The notes below the pieces were generated by a model. The model was not told where the DNA came from, searched no databases, and saw nothing but the letters and a program-made list of their open reading frames with translations. A stretch of DNA of 56,794 bases, the filler included, from Dirinaria sp. TL-2023a (taxonomy: Eukaryota): assembly GCA_051941275.1 (NCBI GenBank). It is 4 parts of 4 records of this genome, joined end to end, with 100 filler letters (N's around TTAATTAATTAA, not from the genome) between each part and the next. Parts side by side here need not be neighbours in the genome. Positions count along the whole stretch, not along the records: positions 14,244 to 28,385 come from JAVEBF010000623.1; 3 more parts are not named here. The stretch is one strand, 5' to 3'. Made by a program: the position numbers and the translations under genes. Positions 14,351 through 25,582 of this stretch are shown piece by piece; position 1 is the first letter of the stretch, and the number at the start of each line of letters is the position of its first letter.

Positions 14351-15237
14351 GTGAGCCTCGGGAATTCGCCAACAGGCTCTACGACTCCCTCCTCCGTCCT
14401 CGGCGGGAGAAGATGGCTCGTCCGCATATGTGTAGGTGATTCCCCTTTTTTTCTCTCTCGATGTTTTCCTTGAACGCCGAGGAGTTGGCAAAGAGAAGGG
14501 ATCGCACTGCCGCTATGTCACCCAACTCTACTGAAACACCACCCACCTCATCTGGTAATGCGTTCGACCTCTTTGATGCCTCGGATTTAAGTCCATTGCC
14601 GTGTTCTGACAGAATGCGAGCTTCTTCGAGCAAAGACGGTTTAACGAAGTGACGATTAGACTGATTCACCACGAAAATGCCACTATCAAATCGGCACATC
14701 GTTGAAGGCTAAAGATGCTGAAAAAAATTTTTCTGAGAGGCATTGATAGATGAGAACGTGTAGTGGGGAGGGTGGCGTGACAGCAAAGTGAGCATGGTAT
14801 GGCGGCAGTGGGACCCAAGAGAAAAGCACGAGAGGGAATGCCCAAATCAACCTCGCCAGACGTTGACTTTCTTTTTCTATTCCCTTATAGTATTAGCAAT
14901 GCTATTCACCCATCCATCGCACCGACGCCGAGGCGCCGCTTCCCTCCTCATCTCCTGGGGCCTGCAAGAAGCCGACCGCTTGGGGTTAGAAACCTTTGTG
15001 GAAGCCACCGACGATGGTAAACCCTGCTACGAAGCGAACGGCTTCCTCTATATGGGAACAAATTATTGGGAAGCGGCGAAGCGCAACCCGAGTAAGGAGT
15101 GGTTGGCATTGGAGAGGTATGTACAAACGCCGATACATACATATTTGATGTGGAGGCCGGTGCTGGGGAGGTTGGAGGGGCAGGAAAGGAAGGAGAGGGA
15201 AGTGGAATTGGGATACAAAGCGGAAGGTAGACAATGA
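14351..15237 (+). CDS. GNAT-family N-acetyltransferase, 3' part only (5' exons lost at contig start)
   Basis: Exon 14351-14431 (EPREFANRLYDSLLRPRREKMARPHM), long intron 14432-14890, then LLAMLFTHPSHRRRGAASLLISWG...EATDDGKPCYEANGF (acetyl-CoA motif A RRRGAA and motif B). Confidence 0.8.
14515..14727. repeat. Dispersed ~210-240 bp repeat, copy A (inside the GNAT intron)
   Basis: Colinear similarity with 38445-38666, including a perfect 18-mer TGTTCTGACAGAATGCGA (14602-14619 = 38544-38561) and shared TCTACTGA, TCTTTGAT, AAATCGGCA and a terminal TGAAAAAA. Confidence 0.75.
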
Positions 15238-16155
15238 ACGATGCGTCATCAGATGGACGTTTGTAGAAGATAAGGTGTGGAAAAGAATTGGCTTCGCGTA
15301 GTTTTTGGCCGCAGATGGTCATTTCCCTGCAGACAGAGGTATCCACGAAGAGCCGCGCAGCCCTGTTGATTGACATCACTGGAATCGCTGGTATGTGTCG
15401 TCGAATTCCGCCAGCGCGGAGGTGGAGTGGCAGGATTAGTAGTCGGATTGTATGTTTCAGTATAGTCACTGGAGCTATCGAACCCCGAGTTGAGTAACTC
15501 TAGGCCGCAGCTAATGCCGACCCCTGCCTTTATATGATCGCATCCTCAGCCTTTATATCTCCTGCGAAGAGCACTATGAAAGGCCGATCGGGTACAAGCG
15601 TATGGATCGCCATGGTCTGTCTAACACGAAGACCGAGCTGGGCCGGACAGTCATTGAGGGAATATGCTGATGGACCTTGCTTGCTGAACAACATCAAGAA
15701 TTGCTCTTATTCGGTCGTTGCTCTGGGCGTTGTTAAGCGCCGTGCGTGATGGACCCTATCATTAGAACCGCATAGTCGTAGCCGCCCAGAAGTGAAGGCG
15801 TCTCGAAGTCATAGCAACTCGCGCGGCCGCGCATCCAAAGCTTGGGAGCCAAGAAACCACATGCAGTCACTGCGCTGCGGCTGTGCCAACTGGATGTGAT
15901 GGTGAATGTAGTCAGCAGACTCAGTGCCTATCTTTCGAATGCGACGATAGGGGCTTCAAGAGCCGACTCAGCTTGAGCGAATCCGAAGAGCGGTGATAGC
16001 GACTTCGATGAGGCTTGTGAACGCCCTACCTGTGCCGCAGAATCATGATCTCGTCGGCGTAGGACGAGTGCGAGACTTGCGGTAAGCATTGCAGAGCAAT
16101 CGCACAATCGGTGGCGGAATCTTGGCATAGAGAAGCCGTTCAAGGAGCAACTGAT

Positions 16156-17551
16156 TCAGGAAGACGTCTTCCTCCGTTTTGACCTTGTGGTCCTTGTAGT
16201 CTCTGCGACGGCCAACATCCTCTTCATACCTTGTTCAGGCTCCACCTTAACTGCCGCTTCTACCTCGACCTCTCTCTTCGTAACTTTGTCTTCAGTATTG
16301 TCCAAGCCTGGCTCTATTTTGACCTCGGTGGATTCGACCTTCGTATAAAGTCGCTCAGAGAAAGCTCTCAAGTCCGCCGCAAACAAGACACTGTGAGCCC
16401 AACCAGCCTCCTTGCCCCAGAGGCCGCGAAAATGATTTCCTATGGCATCATACGTGGCAGGGGTAAGGCTACGGTGCTTGCCTTTGCCAAAGTGGTAATC
16501 CCGTTGCGCAATTTGCCATACTACTGTTATTAGCTGAAGTAAATTCAATCCAAGACCCGATATTACCATGAGTATCAACAGGAATAGCTTCTCCCCATCC
16601 CAATCCCATGAGACAAATGCAATCTGCTACCTTCGGTCCTACGCCTTGGAGAGTCAGAAGTTCTGCGTGAGCTGCGCGGTAGCCTTCCCTTCCACCAATA
16701 AGCATTTCTCCGGCAGGAGAAATCTTGCGACCTAAGACAGGACTCTCCGGATTTCGAAGACTATCGAGCCAACCAAGATCATGCTCTTTAGTTAACATGA
16801 CCGCAGTTTCGTACAAGTACCTCGCTCGGTAGCCGAAGCCAAGCTCACGCAGAGTGTTTTCAACGCTTGACTGGGCAAGGACAGCAGGTTGTGGCATATC
16901 GTAGAAGGGTTTCTCAGCGATGTGTCCGATCAGAGACCCGTAACGGGTGCATAGCTTTTCCATCTAATGACAAGCCAGCTCAGCTTACATCTAATTTTCA
17001 AGTCTAAGTCGGTAGTAGGGGCTTACCATTTGGGAGATTCTAATGATATTATTGTTGCTGCTGCAGATAAAGCCCACCAGAGCCTCCCATGCATCCTGCT
17101 TCAATATGCGCACGCCAGTAAATCTTGGCGCTTTTTTCTTGAAGTTCTCATCTGCTAAAGACCATTGTTCATAAAGATCTGTAAGATTTGGGCCTAGATT
17201 GAGGTAGTGCCGCACGAGCTCCTCGGTGTCGTCATCCTCGAGCTGATCCTCGCTATTTGAAGGGGGAGCTGATGAAGGGGGAGTAGGAGGCGCATCCTGC
17301 ACTTCTGGGTATATGGCACGATAATGCAGATAGGAAGGATCCTGTCGAAGGGAAAGGATACGTCCATGCAGGGCACAAGACCATATATGATCCTCCGACT
17401 TCCTCCATCTACACAACATGGTTAGCTAGACTTTGCATGATTTTTCCAGAGCTGACCTGAAAGATTGGCCACATCGAAGGGTGGTGTCAAGGCACAACTC
17501 CGTTAAGTTGATCGGTAGCTTTCGCCAAGGGAGTGTACGGATAGATCCCAT
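16156..17551 (-). CDS. OGG1: 8-oxoguanine DNA glycosylase/AP lyase (HhH-GPD)
   Basis: ELCLDTTLRCGQSFRW, GVRILKQDAWEALVGFICSSNNNIIRISQM, LRELGFGYRA, LQGVGPKVADCICLMGL, PVDTHVWQIA, AGWAHSVLF. Three GT-AG introns. Confidence 0.96.
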
Positions 17552-17872
17552 GTCCGACAGAATGATAGTCTCTTTGTACTTATTATTCAATGTGATGAGG
17601 ATATATAACTACTGTTGTCTGAGACCGCGTCTCGCGTCCGCGTCAAAGCGCTTTTTTCGTTTACCTTCTCACTAAACCACTACGAGTTTAGCGTCCGAAG
17701 TGAAACTTCAGCTTCGATTCTTCCAGAGTGTTGCTTTTACTGGTGGGTTTCTTCCTCAAGGACGCTTTATAACTTCTAGCGTGCCTAATTTCACGCTCGC
17801 AACAAATTGCATTGAATTTGCAAATCCAATAAAGCTCTCAAAGAGCATAAAGTTCTCACCTGAACCGTCACA
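17552..17872. promoter_or_regulatory. Divergent (bidirectional) promoter of OGG1 and U2AF large subunit, with three tandem CGCGTC/GACGCG (MCB-like) motifs at 17626-17644
   Basis: Only 321 bp between head-to-head start codons; motif cluster ccgcgtctcgcgtccgcgtc. Confidence 0.55.
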
Positions 17873-19945
17873 ATGAACGGCGACAGCTATTCGTCAAGAG
17901 GCATGGCATCAACAACAGCCCTACCTAGGATTCGCAAGCATGAGACTGACTCGAGCCATTCCCACACTGCAGATCCTGGTCGCTATGGATCATCGAGAGA
18001 CTACTACGTAAGGCCACCCCCATTGAGTAAGGTAGCTATCTCGCTAACTTTTCCATGCCGCCTCAGAGCTCAAGAGACGACCGCCGAGATAGAGACCCCA
18101 GAGATAGAGACTACCGTGGATCGGACCGACGGCGCTCCAGATCTCCACATCATCGGAGAGATAGACCGTCTCGTCGTGAGCCCGAAGTGGACTCCTACTC
18201 TTCCAGCAGAGACTATCGAGCGCGTGAACGGGAAGACCGCTACACTGGTGGATATGGTCGTGACGATAGGGGGTGGGACCGAGACCGAGGAGATCGCGAC
18301 AGGGGTATGTCAAGACGCGATGCTCGGCGCGACGATGATGAACGACCACGGCGAGATCGTGATCTGTTTGAAGGGCGCAACGACCGCCGCCGTGGTGGCG
18401 ATGGCGGACGTGGCGCCAGGAGCGACCGCGATGAGTTCGCCATGCAAATGGGAGGGCGTGACCGCAAGAAGAGTGCTAGCCCGCCACCGAAGAAGAAGGA
18501 GCCCACACCTGACCTGACCGATACAATTCCTATCACCGAGAGGAAGAGGCGGCTCACACAATGGGATATCAAACCGCCTGGTTATGAGAATGTCACAGCC
18601 GAACAGGCGAAGCTCTCAGGTAAGTCCATTTACCCTATGCACACTATGATTGAAGGGAAGTTTACGATGAAAAGGCATGTTCCCTTTGCCAGGGGCGCCC
18701 CGTCAGCAACCAATGGACCCAAGTAGACTGCAAGCCTTTATGAACCAGCCAGCTGGATCGGCCGGAAACGCCGCTCTGAAACCGTCGAACGCAAGACAGT
18801 CGAAGCGTTTATTCGTCCACAATCTTCCGGCTTCAATAACGGAAGAAAGCATCATCAACTTCTTCAACCTGCAGCTCAATGGGTTAAATGTCGTCCAGGG
18901 CATCGATCCCTGCATCTCTGCTCAAATGTCGAACGATCGACTTTTCGCCCTTCTAGAATTCAAGTCACCAGCTGATGCTACAGTGGCCCTAGCATTCGAC
19001 GGTATTACGATGGAGGATGGCGAGAGCATGGACACCGGGGAAGCCAATGGCACTCACAAGGGCATCTCAGTGCGTCGGCCGAAAGACTACATTGTACCAT
19101 CATTTGCCGAAGAAAATGACTACGCCGAAGGACCTGTCTCCTCTATCGTCCCGGACACGCCAAATAAGATCAGCGTTACAAACCTATTACCGAATCTGAG
19201 CGACGAGCAAGTCACCGAGCTTCTGACATCCTTTGGACAATTAAGAGCTTTTGTGCTTGTGAAAGACCAGAGCACCGAGGAGTCTAGGGTTGGCCCCCAC
19301 CTCAATATGCACAGCGTCCCCGCTAACGACTCTCAGGGCATTGCGTTTTGCGAATACGCAGACCCAGCCTCTACAGATATCGCGGTAAATGGACTAAACG
19401 GCATGGAGCTTGGCGATAAATTTCTCAAAGTTCAACGTGCCAGTATCGGCGTCACGCAAGCTTCTGGCCTCGAAATGGGCGTCAATGCCATGTCTATGCT
19501 CGCGGGCACAACCTCGAATGATCTGGACGAAGGACGAGTGTTGCAGCTCCTGAACATGGTGACGCCGGAGGAGCTTATCGACAACCAAGATTACGAAGGT
19601 AAGCGGTCCACTCATCGGCAACATGCAGAAAGGCACTGACGATGGACAGAAATCTGTGAGGACATCAAAGAGGAATGCGACAAATACGGCCGTGTGGAGG
19701 AGATGAAGATCCCTCGACCCAGCGGTGGTAGCAGACAGTCGAACGGCGTGGGCAAGATCTTCATCAAATACGACACCCAGGACTCTGCGCGCAAAGCGCT
19801 CCAAGCTTTAGCGGGAAGAAAGTTCCAGGATCGAACTGTCGTCACGACATACTTTTCCGAGGTACGGCTCCTGCCCGATGTTTCCCACGATTGAGCCATG
19901 CACTGACCATGCTTTCAGGAGAGTTTCGAGGTCAATGCCTGGTAA
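17873..19945 (+). CDS. U2AF2: Splicing factor U2AF large subunit (U2AF65 orthologue)
   Basis: RD/RS-rich N-terminus, ULM KRRLTQWDIKPPGYE, MFPLPGAPRQQPMDP, RRM1 RQSKRLFVHNLP, RRM2, UHM with VLQLLNMV and GVGKIFIKY, ending ESFEVNAW*. Six introns. Confidence 0.96.
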
Positions 19946-20281
19946 AAAGCTGTTGAGCGGTTTCGGAGCTTCGGAAAAGCATCTCTTCGTCATCAAGCCT
20001 GCATTCGATGGCGATTGTACTTTACTTCCCGTCTCACATGCATGCATCAGGTCTCATCAAGTTGCACCGTCCCTTGCTGAATCCTTCTCGGAAGGGCCAG
20101 CGAGCACGTGATCTAGCTCGTAGTTAGACTGGATGCTGCTCTACATTTGTCTGCGGTACTAGATAATATGACTTTGTCAGATGCTTAAAGTAGTTTTCAA
20201 GTAGATTCAACCGTGCTCTCGCGGGGTAGACGAGGCTTGTCTATGGGTTTTCAACACTATCTAGTTTCTATAGTAGAATAC

Positions 20282-21200
20282 TTGGGAGAGGCGATTCGTT
20301 CATCTCAAGCCCTCATACCCTGTCGCAGGCTTTGTTAGAGGAAGGCAATAGCAGCGACGCTTTCACTGCGGGTTCGCTGAAACATTGGTAGAGCGAAACT
20401 TGAAGCATTACCTTACCTTTCTCTGTACCGTAACAGGCCCCACAGCGTTTTTGTGTGCGCCGTCCAGCGGATGTTATACAGGAATACTGCAATTACTATC
20501 GTCTGCTGAGACAGACGCTTCGGCGCAAAAGCGGCTCGCAATCGAGAGACATGACCCTCGCCTCACCTCTGCCTCAAATGAACCATGGAGGCGCATAGAA
20601 TATGTATCCGATGGCTGTTCCACGTCCTCGTTTCTACTATGCCGTACCACGCCACAGCCATAATGCATTTTGTGGTTGTGCGGTGGGTGAGACCTTACTG
20701 TAGATACTCGTAAGGTACCTGAAAAGGTAAGGTGGTGCGCGCACTCGCTTCTAGAACGAGCGGAAGCTCGGGACGGTTGACCACCCCCTTGGATTCGCAT
20801 CCTTGCTTTCCCCTGCGAGCCGAAGGTGCGAATTCCCGAGCGGATCTTTGAACGCATTGAACGTCTCCCAAAAGCCAAGCTACGTCAGAGTGGACCACAT
20901 TTAGTATTATTATTCAGTGGATGATAATCACTACTGCATCCATCTTGTGTGCCTTCCTTATCAGTTGTAGATCCGGGTGGAAAAGGGACAAAGATAGCAT
21001 AGGGTAAAATAGTGAAAGCGGACTCGAAAGGCCGAGCCGAGAATTAGCCAGCCACATCTTCCTGGAGAGGAATGGTTGTTTACTGGGCTAACCGACTGGA
21101 ATCCTCAGGATAAGCGCAGGAACAGCCGGCCACATTATTATTCATACTGAAACAGTCTGTGAAGGAAAAAGTAAGATAGGATTGATGGCATGAATTTTTG
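20282..21200 (+). ncRNA. Large structured non-coding RNA; candidate telomerase RNA (boundaries approximate)
   Basis: Nested long-range helices with G-U pairs that work only on the + strand. Candidate template CCCUCAUACCCU (20310-20321), pseudoknot-compatible pairing at 20423-20533, three-way junction at 21030-21131, Sm-like AAUUUUUG at 21193-21200. No credible ORF. Structured RNA is more certain (~0.75) than the telomerase identity. Confidence 0.55.
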
Positions 21201-21796
21201 CACAACATTTTTAATAATCAGCGCGGAACAATTGGATGAGGGACGATGACTTCAATATAAATGCACAGATGTGAGAAAAGCTTCCTCGCTTATGCATGAT
21301 TGGTGGAAAGGGCGGGGAGAAGTCGAAATGAAGGTGCAATTTTAAGCTTAGCGGCGGACGCTAGCTGCACTCTTGGGCCTCAATAGGTGCAGATTGAGCC
21401 AAGCAACCTCGCAGTTTAGCACTTTAGCACCAGGTCCAGGGGACCAGGAGGTGAACCCGGAAGTTCCCAGCAGAGGAAAAATAATACGAACCTCCTCACT
21501 TCCATTTCGCTTACTCCACTACCCTACCCTACCTTCATGTACCTTCGTACCTTACCAGGGAACCTCACCACCTGCTGTGACATGTGTCTCACTCTGTGAA
21601 AAGGCCGGGAAAAAAGTGGTGTTTCAAAATAGATCCACTCGCTTTTTTTTTTTCCTTTTCGCATATTTGACGCGGGTGTTCATGCTTCATCATCCCTGAC
21701 CCGGTCTTCTCTCGAGGATCGTTGATCGTTGATCGTTTCTCGCCAGTCTGGATTCCTGAACAACACATTTTCAATCGCTGTCGTCTTTGTCGAGCA

Positions 21797-24700
21797 ATGA
21801 GCTTTCTCTCATTGTTTGGCCGGACGACGGTCTACATAATCCAGCTATGGCCGATCCTCACCTGTGTCGCGCCGACGCAAGGGCTTGATTTCAACCCTGT
21901 GCCTCCACCAGCCCTTGATCTCAGAGAGCTAGGCCGTGTCGCTCTGACTGGAGACTTCGATGCCATCTCTCTCTATTCATACACGCAACAGACCGAGGGC
22001 AGCTACAGCACGAATGGCAGTCAAGCCCTCATCACCCAGCGGCCAAATGGAGATTTCGCCACAACCGTCACCTCCGATGCTTACATTAAAGCCATGTGCC
22101 CTTTTGTGATGCACAATGGAACTTTGGCAGGCGTAGTCGTCGGAGGGAACTTTACAAGTTTGGGAGGGCAGGAAGCGCAGGGAGTGGCGATGTTCGACCC
22201 ATCAACGCAACAAGTCACTCCTCTGCCGGGTTTGACCGGGGACGTCGAAGATGTCTGGTGTGATCAGCCGACCAATACGGTCTATGTCGGTGGAAATTTC
22301 AAGGGCGGAAATTCGACAAATGCGATTGCTTGGGTCGGAACGGCTGGCTGGTCAGATTTACCTTTCGCCGGTTTCAACGGGCCTGTCAACGCGATCAAAG
22401 GATCTCCAGATGGGACTATCGTATTTGCTGGATCCTTCACTGGCCTAGGAAACACCACCACACCTACTCACAAGGACCAGCAAGTGATCAACCTTTCTTC
22501 GGCCAATGTTTCCTCCGGCTCGACGACCACCACAGACGGGTTCAATGATCCACGTAACATCGTCTGCAAGACTGATGATCGTGACGGCGCGGGTAGTACC
22601 TGGCTACTTGAAGATAATTCGCCCGGTTTCTGGAGAGCAGATTTTGACTTTGGATTCGAGCCAACAAAGCTCCGGATATGGAACACTCACCAGGACGGAC
22701 GAGGCACTGAGACTTTCAGATTCACTGCCTTCCCAATCAATGGTATCATGAACTTCACATACGTGGATCCGGCAACCGGCAAGAACACTACTTGTGATGC
22801 TCGGTGCCCACTGTCAAATTCTACAAGCGAGTCGTACCGAGATTTCCACTTTGTCAACACCGTTGGCATGAGTGCTTTTCAGATTGACATATCTGCCTGG
22901 TATGGCCAGGGTGGAGGTCTGGATGGAATTGAACTTTTCCAAGACGGTATGCGTTGGACGGTTATCTTCATCGAAGTGAGACTGATTGATTCTAGACATC
23001 TACGCATATGCCGTACCACGCCTCAATGAGCCTGCCTGCGCAGTTCCGGATTTCCCTTCAAATGCTTCATCGACTGGGCCATGGGCAGTGACACCATCCG
23101 GCGTCAGCAACTCAGTATATCTGACTGTCAACCTCACTAGCCCAAATGCCGGACCGGACGATGCTTCTGTCGTCTTTTATCCAGATATCAAACAATCCGG
23201 CAATTATTCTGTAACCATATACACGCCGGGATGCGTCCAGGATAAAAGCTGTGGTACCCGGGGCATCGCCAACGTGACTGGAAACTTTTCCACCAAAAAA
23301 CAGCCAGGCCAGCCACTACAAACCACTATCTACCAGACGAACAATTTTGATAAGTATGACCAGGTGTATTATGGTCCCGTTGATGCGAGTAGCGATTCAT
23401 TCCGTCCGTCCGTTACGCTTACGCCAGCTGCAAACCAGAAGAGCGGAATCTCCCTAGTGGCACAGCGAGTGCGATTCTCCTTGACCAACTCCACAGGTGG
23501 ATTGAACGGTCTCTTTGAATTCGATCCCAATGCAGCCCAAATTGACACCGACTTCACAAACTCCTCAATCGATAAAGCAGGAATGGATCTACATGCTGGT
23601 GCTATGATCAATGACTTGGCGATCCTCAACGGCGTGATTTATGCCGCGGGCAACCTTACTGGACCTGGAATTGTCAACATCTTTGCGGTGAATGGCAGTA
23701 ATGCTACTGCTCTGCCTGGTGGCGGTTTAAATGCCGAGGTCACCACACTGTTCGCTTTTGAAGATCTGCTATTTGTCGCGGGAAACTTCACTGGAACCGT
23801 CAACCAAACTACCCAGGGCATGAACAATGTCGCCATCTTCAACTCCACCAGCCAAGGATGGCAAGCCGTAGGGAACGGCGTTGGAGGCCGCGTTGATACC
23901 GTCGTTGCCCTCGATCTCAACATTACTACTGATTCACCGGAAACTTGCATTGCATTCAGTGGTACTTTCAACCAGATTGAGGCGTTTGGCCAGGAGCCTG
24001 CAATACCTGTCTCCGGCTTCGCCGTCTGGGTGCCATCACAGCAGAATTGGCAGCAAAACTTAGCCACTCAATCCATGGCCGTGGATGGGTACCTGAGTGC
24101 CTCCGCAAATGTTACCGGCAGTACGCCTCTCCTCGCAGGGTCGTTGTCATCACAGGATATCAACGCTGCCGATGCCATTTCGTTGAATTCAAATCCTCTG
24201 CGAATAAATTCTCTTGGTGTCAAGATTCAACCCAACCAGCCAAGTCCATCAAAGTCTAAAAGACAAGTAAGCGGTACCAGTGGACAAAATGTGACTGGCG
24301 CCGTTACAGGACTTTTCTATAATTCAGGACACACCAACATTACTATCCTTGGGGGCCATTTCACAGCAACGGCAAGCAACGGTTCAGATATCAACAACCT
24401 TGTCTTCCTGAACAGCACCGGCACTATCTCCGGTGTTGCGAGCGGTCTTAGCACAGATTCGGTCTTCCTGGCTCTTGCCACCCAAACCAACACTTTATAT
24501 GCTGGAGGAACGATCACTGGCCAGGTCAATGGTCAACCAGTCAATGGTTTGATCACCTACGATCTTGTCGCAGCCAATTATGCGAATCCTCAGCCCCCGG
24601 CGCTTGGTGGCAGTAATGTCGTTGTCAATGCAATTACCACGAGACCCAACTCCGATCAAGTCTATATTGGTGGTAGTTTCGAGACTGCAGGCTCACTTGG

Positions 24701-25582
24701 ATGCCCCGCGGTTTGCATCTTTGAGAACCAGCGTTGGAATCAACCAGGAACGGACCTCGGTGGAAGTGTAGCTGCCTTCGCTTGGCAGGGAAGCAATAAA
24801 TTACTTGCTGGAGGCAACTTGACGATCGACAACAGCCCGACCACCCTCGCAACTTACGATACGAAGAAATCGCAGTGGACGGCTCTAGCTGCGGCCTCGG
24901 GCAACGTTCCAGGACCGGTGACTGCACTGTCACCAGCAAATACTGACGCGTCGCAATTCTGGGTTGCGGGCAAAGCCAGCAATGGCTCGGCCTTCCTTTT
25001 GAAATACCAGGACTCAAGTTTCACCTCAGTGGGCGACGACTTTGGTGCCCAAACGACGATACGTGGTCTGTCAATGTTCCAGCTCAGCCAAAACCATGAC
25101 AGTAACAAGCTCGTCGAAAGTGGCATGGTTCTCCTAGTCACGGGCCAACTCAACCTCCCCAACTTCGGCAACGTATCGGCTGCCCTGTTTAACGGCACCA
25201 ACTTCACCCCTTTCCTCCTCTCGACTTCCAACAATAACCCGGGCAGTCTGGCGCAGCTCTTCTCGGAAAAAGTCCTGAGCTTCAAACCCTCCCGTAAGAC
25301 TTCCTACACGCCGTTTCCCCTTTGCTTCCCCGCTTACTAATGCAATGTTCAGGCGGACACATGGCCGTCGGCTTCGTTGTCCTCATCGCCCTCGCTTGCG
25401 CCCTCGGTGCCACGTTCCTCCTTGTCTGCGCTGGCATCCTCATCGAGCGCTACCGGCGCAAGCATGAAGGATACAGCCCCGCTCCGACGACCACATACTT
25501 TGACAAGACGAGCAACATGGGCCGCATCCCGCCCGAACATCTCTTCGGGCGACTGGCGAACCGAGGCGCGCCGCAACTGTAA
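21797..25582 (+). CDS. RAX2: Cell polarity / bud-site selection protein Rax2 (type I membrane glycoprotein)
   Basis: Signal peptide, LDLRELGRVALTGDFDAISLY, VVGGNFTSLGG, FEPTKLRIWNTHQDGRGT, YSVTIYTPGC, AGSLGCPAVC and a C-terminal TM GFVVLIALACALG. Introns near 22948-22996 and 25294-25352. Confidence 0.93.

Noticed and set aside
15240..16150. Possible small gene between GNAT and OGG1
   Set aside because: Only short frames and one intron-like signal. No consistent model could be built; it may be OGG1 3' UTR.
20479..20490. Minus-strand GCAGUAUUCCUG resembling the snR30/U17 m1 motif
   Set aside because: No AAACCAU m2 motif or ACA box follows, and G-U pairing supports the + strand.
20385..20898. 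Short ORFs within the structured region (20385+, 20474-, 20695-)
   Set aside because: No recognisable motifs. The extensive base pairing explains the region better.
21519..21533. CTACCCTACCCTACC as an alternative telomerase template
   Set aside because: It lies downstream of the structured domain in the pyrimidine-rich RAX2 promoter region, with no pseudoknot after it.
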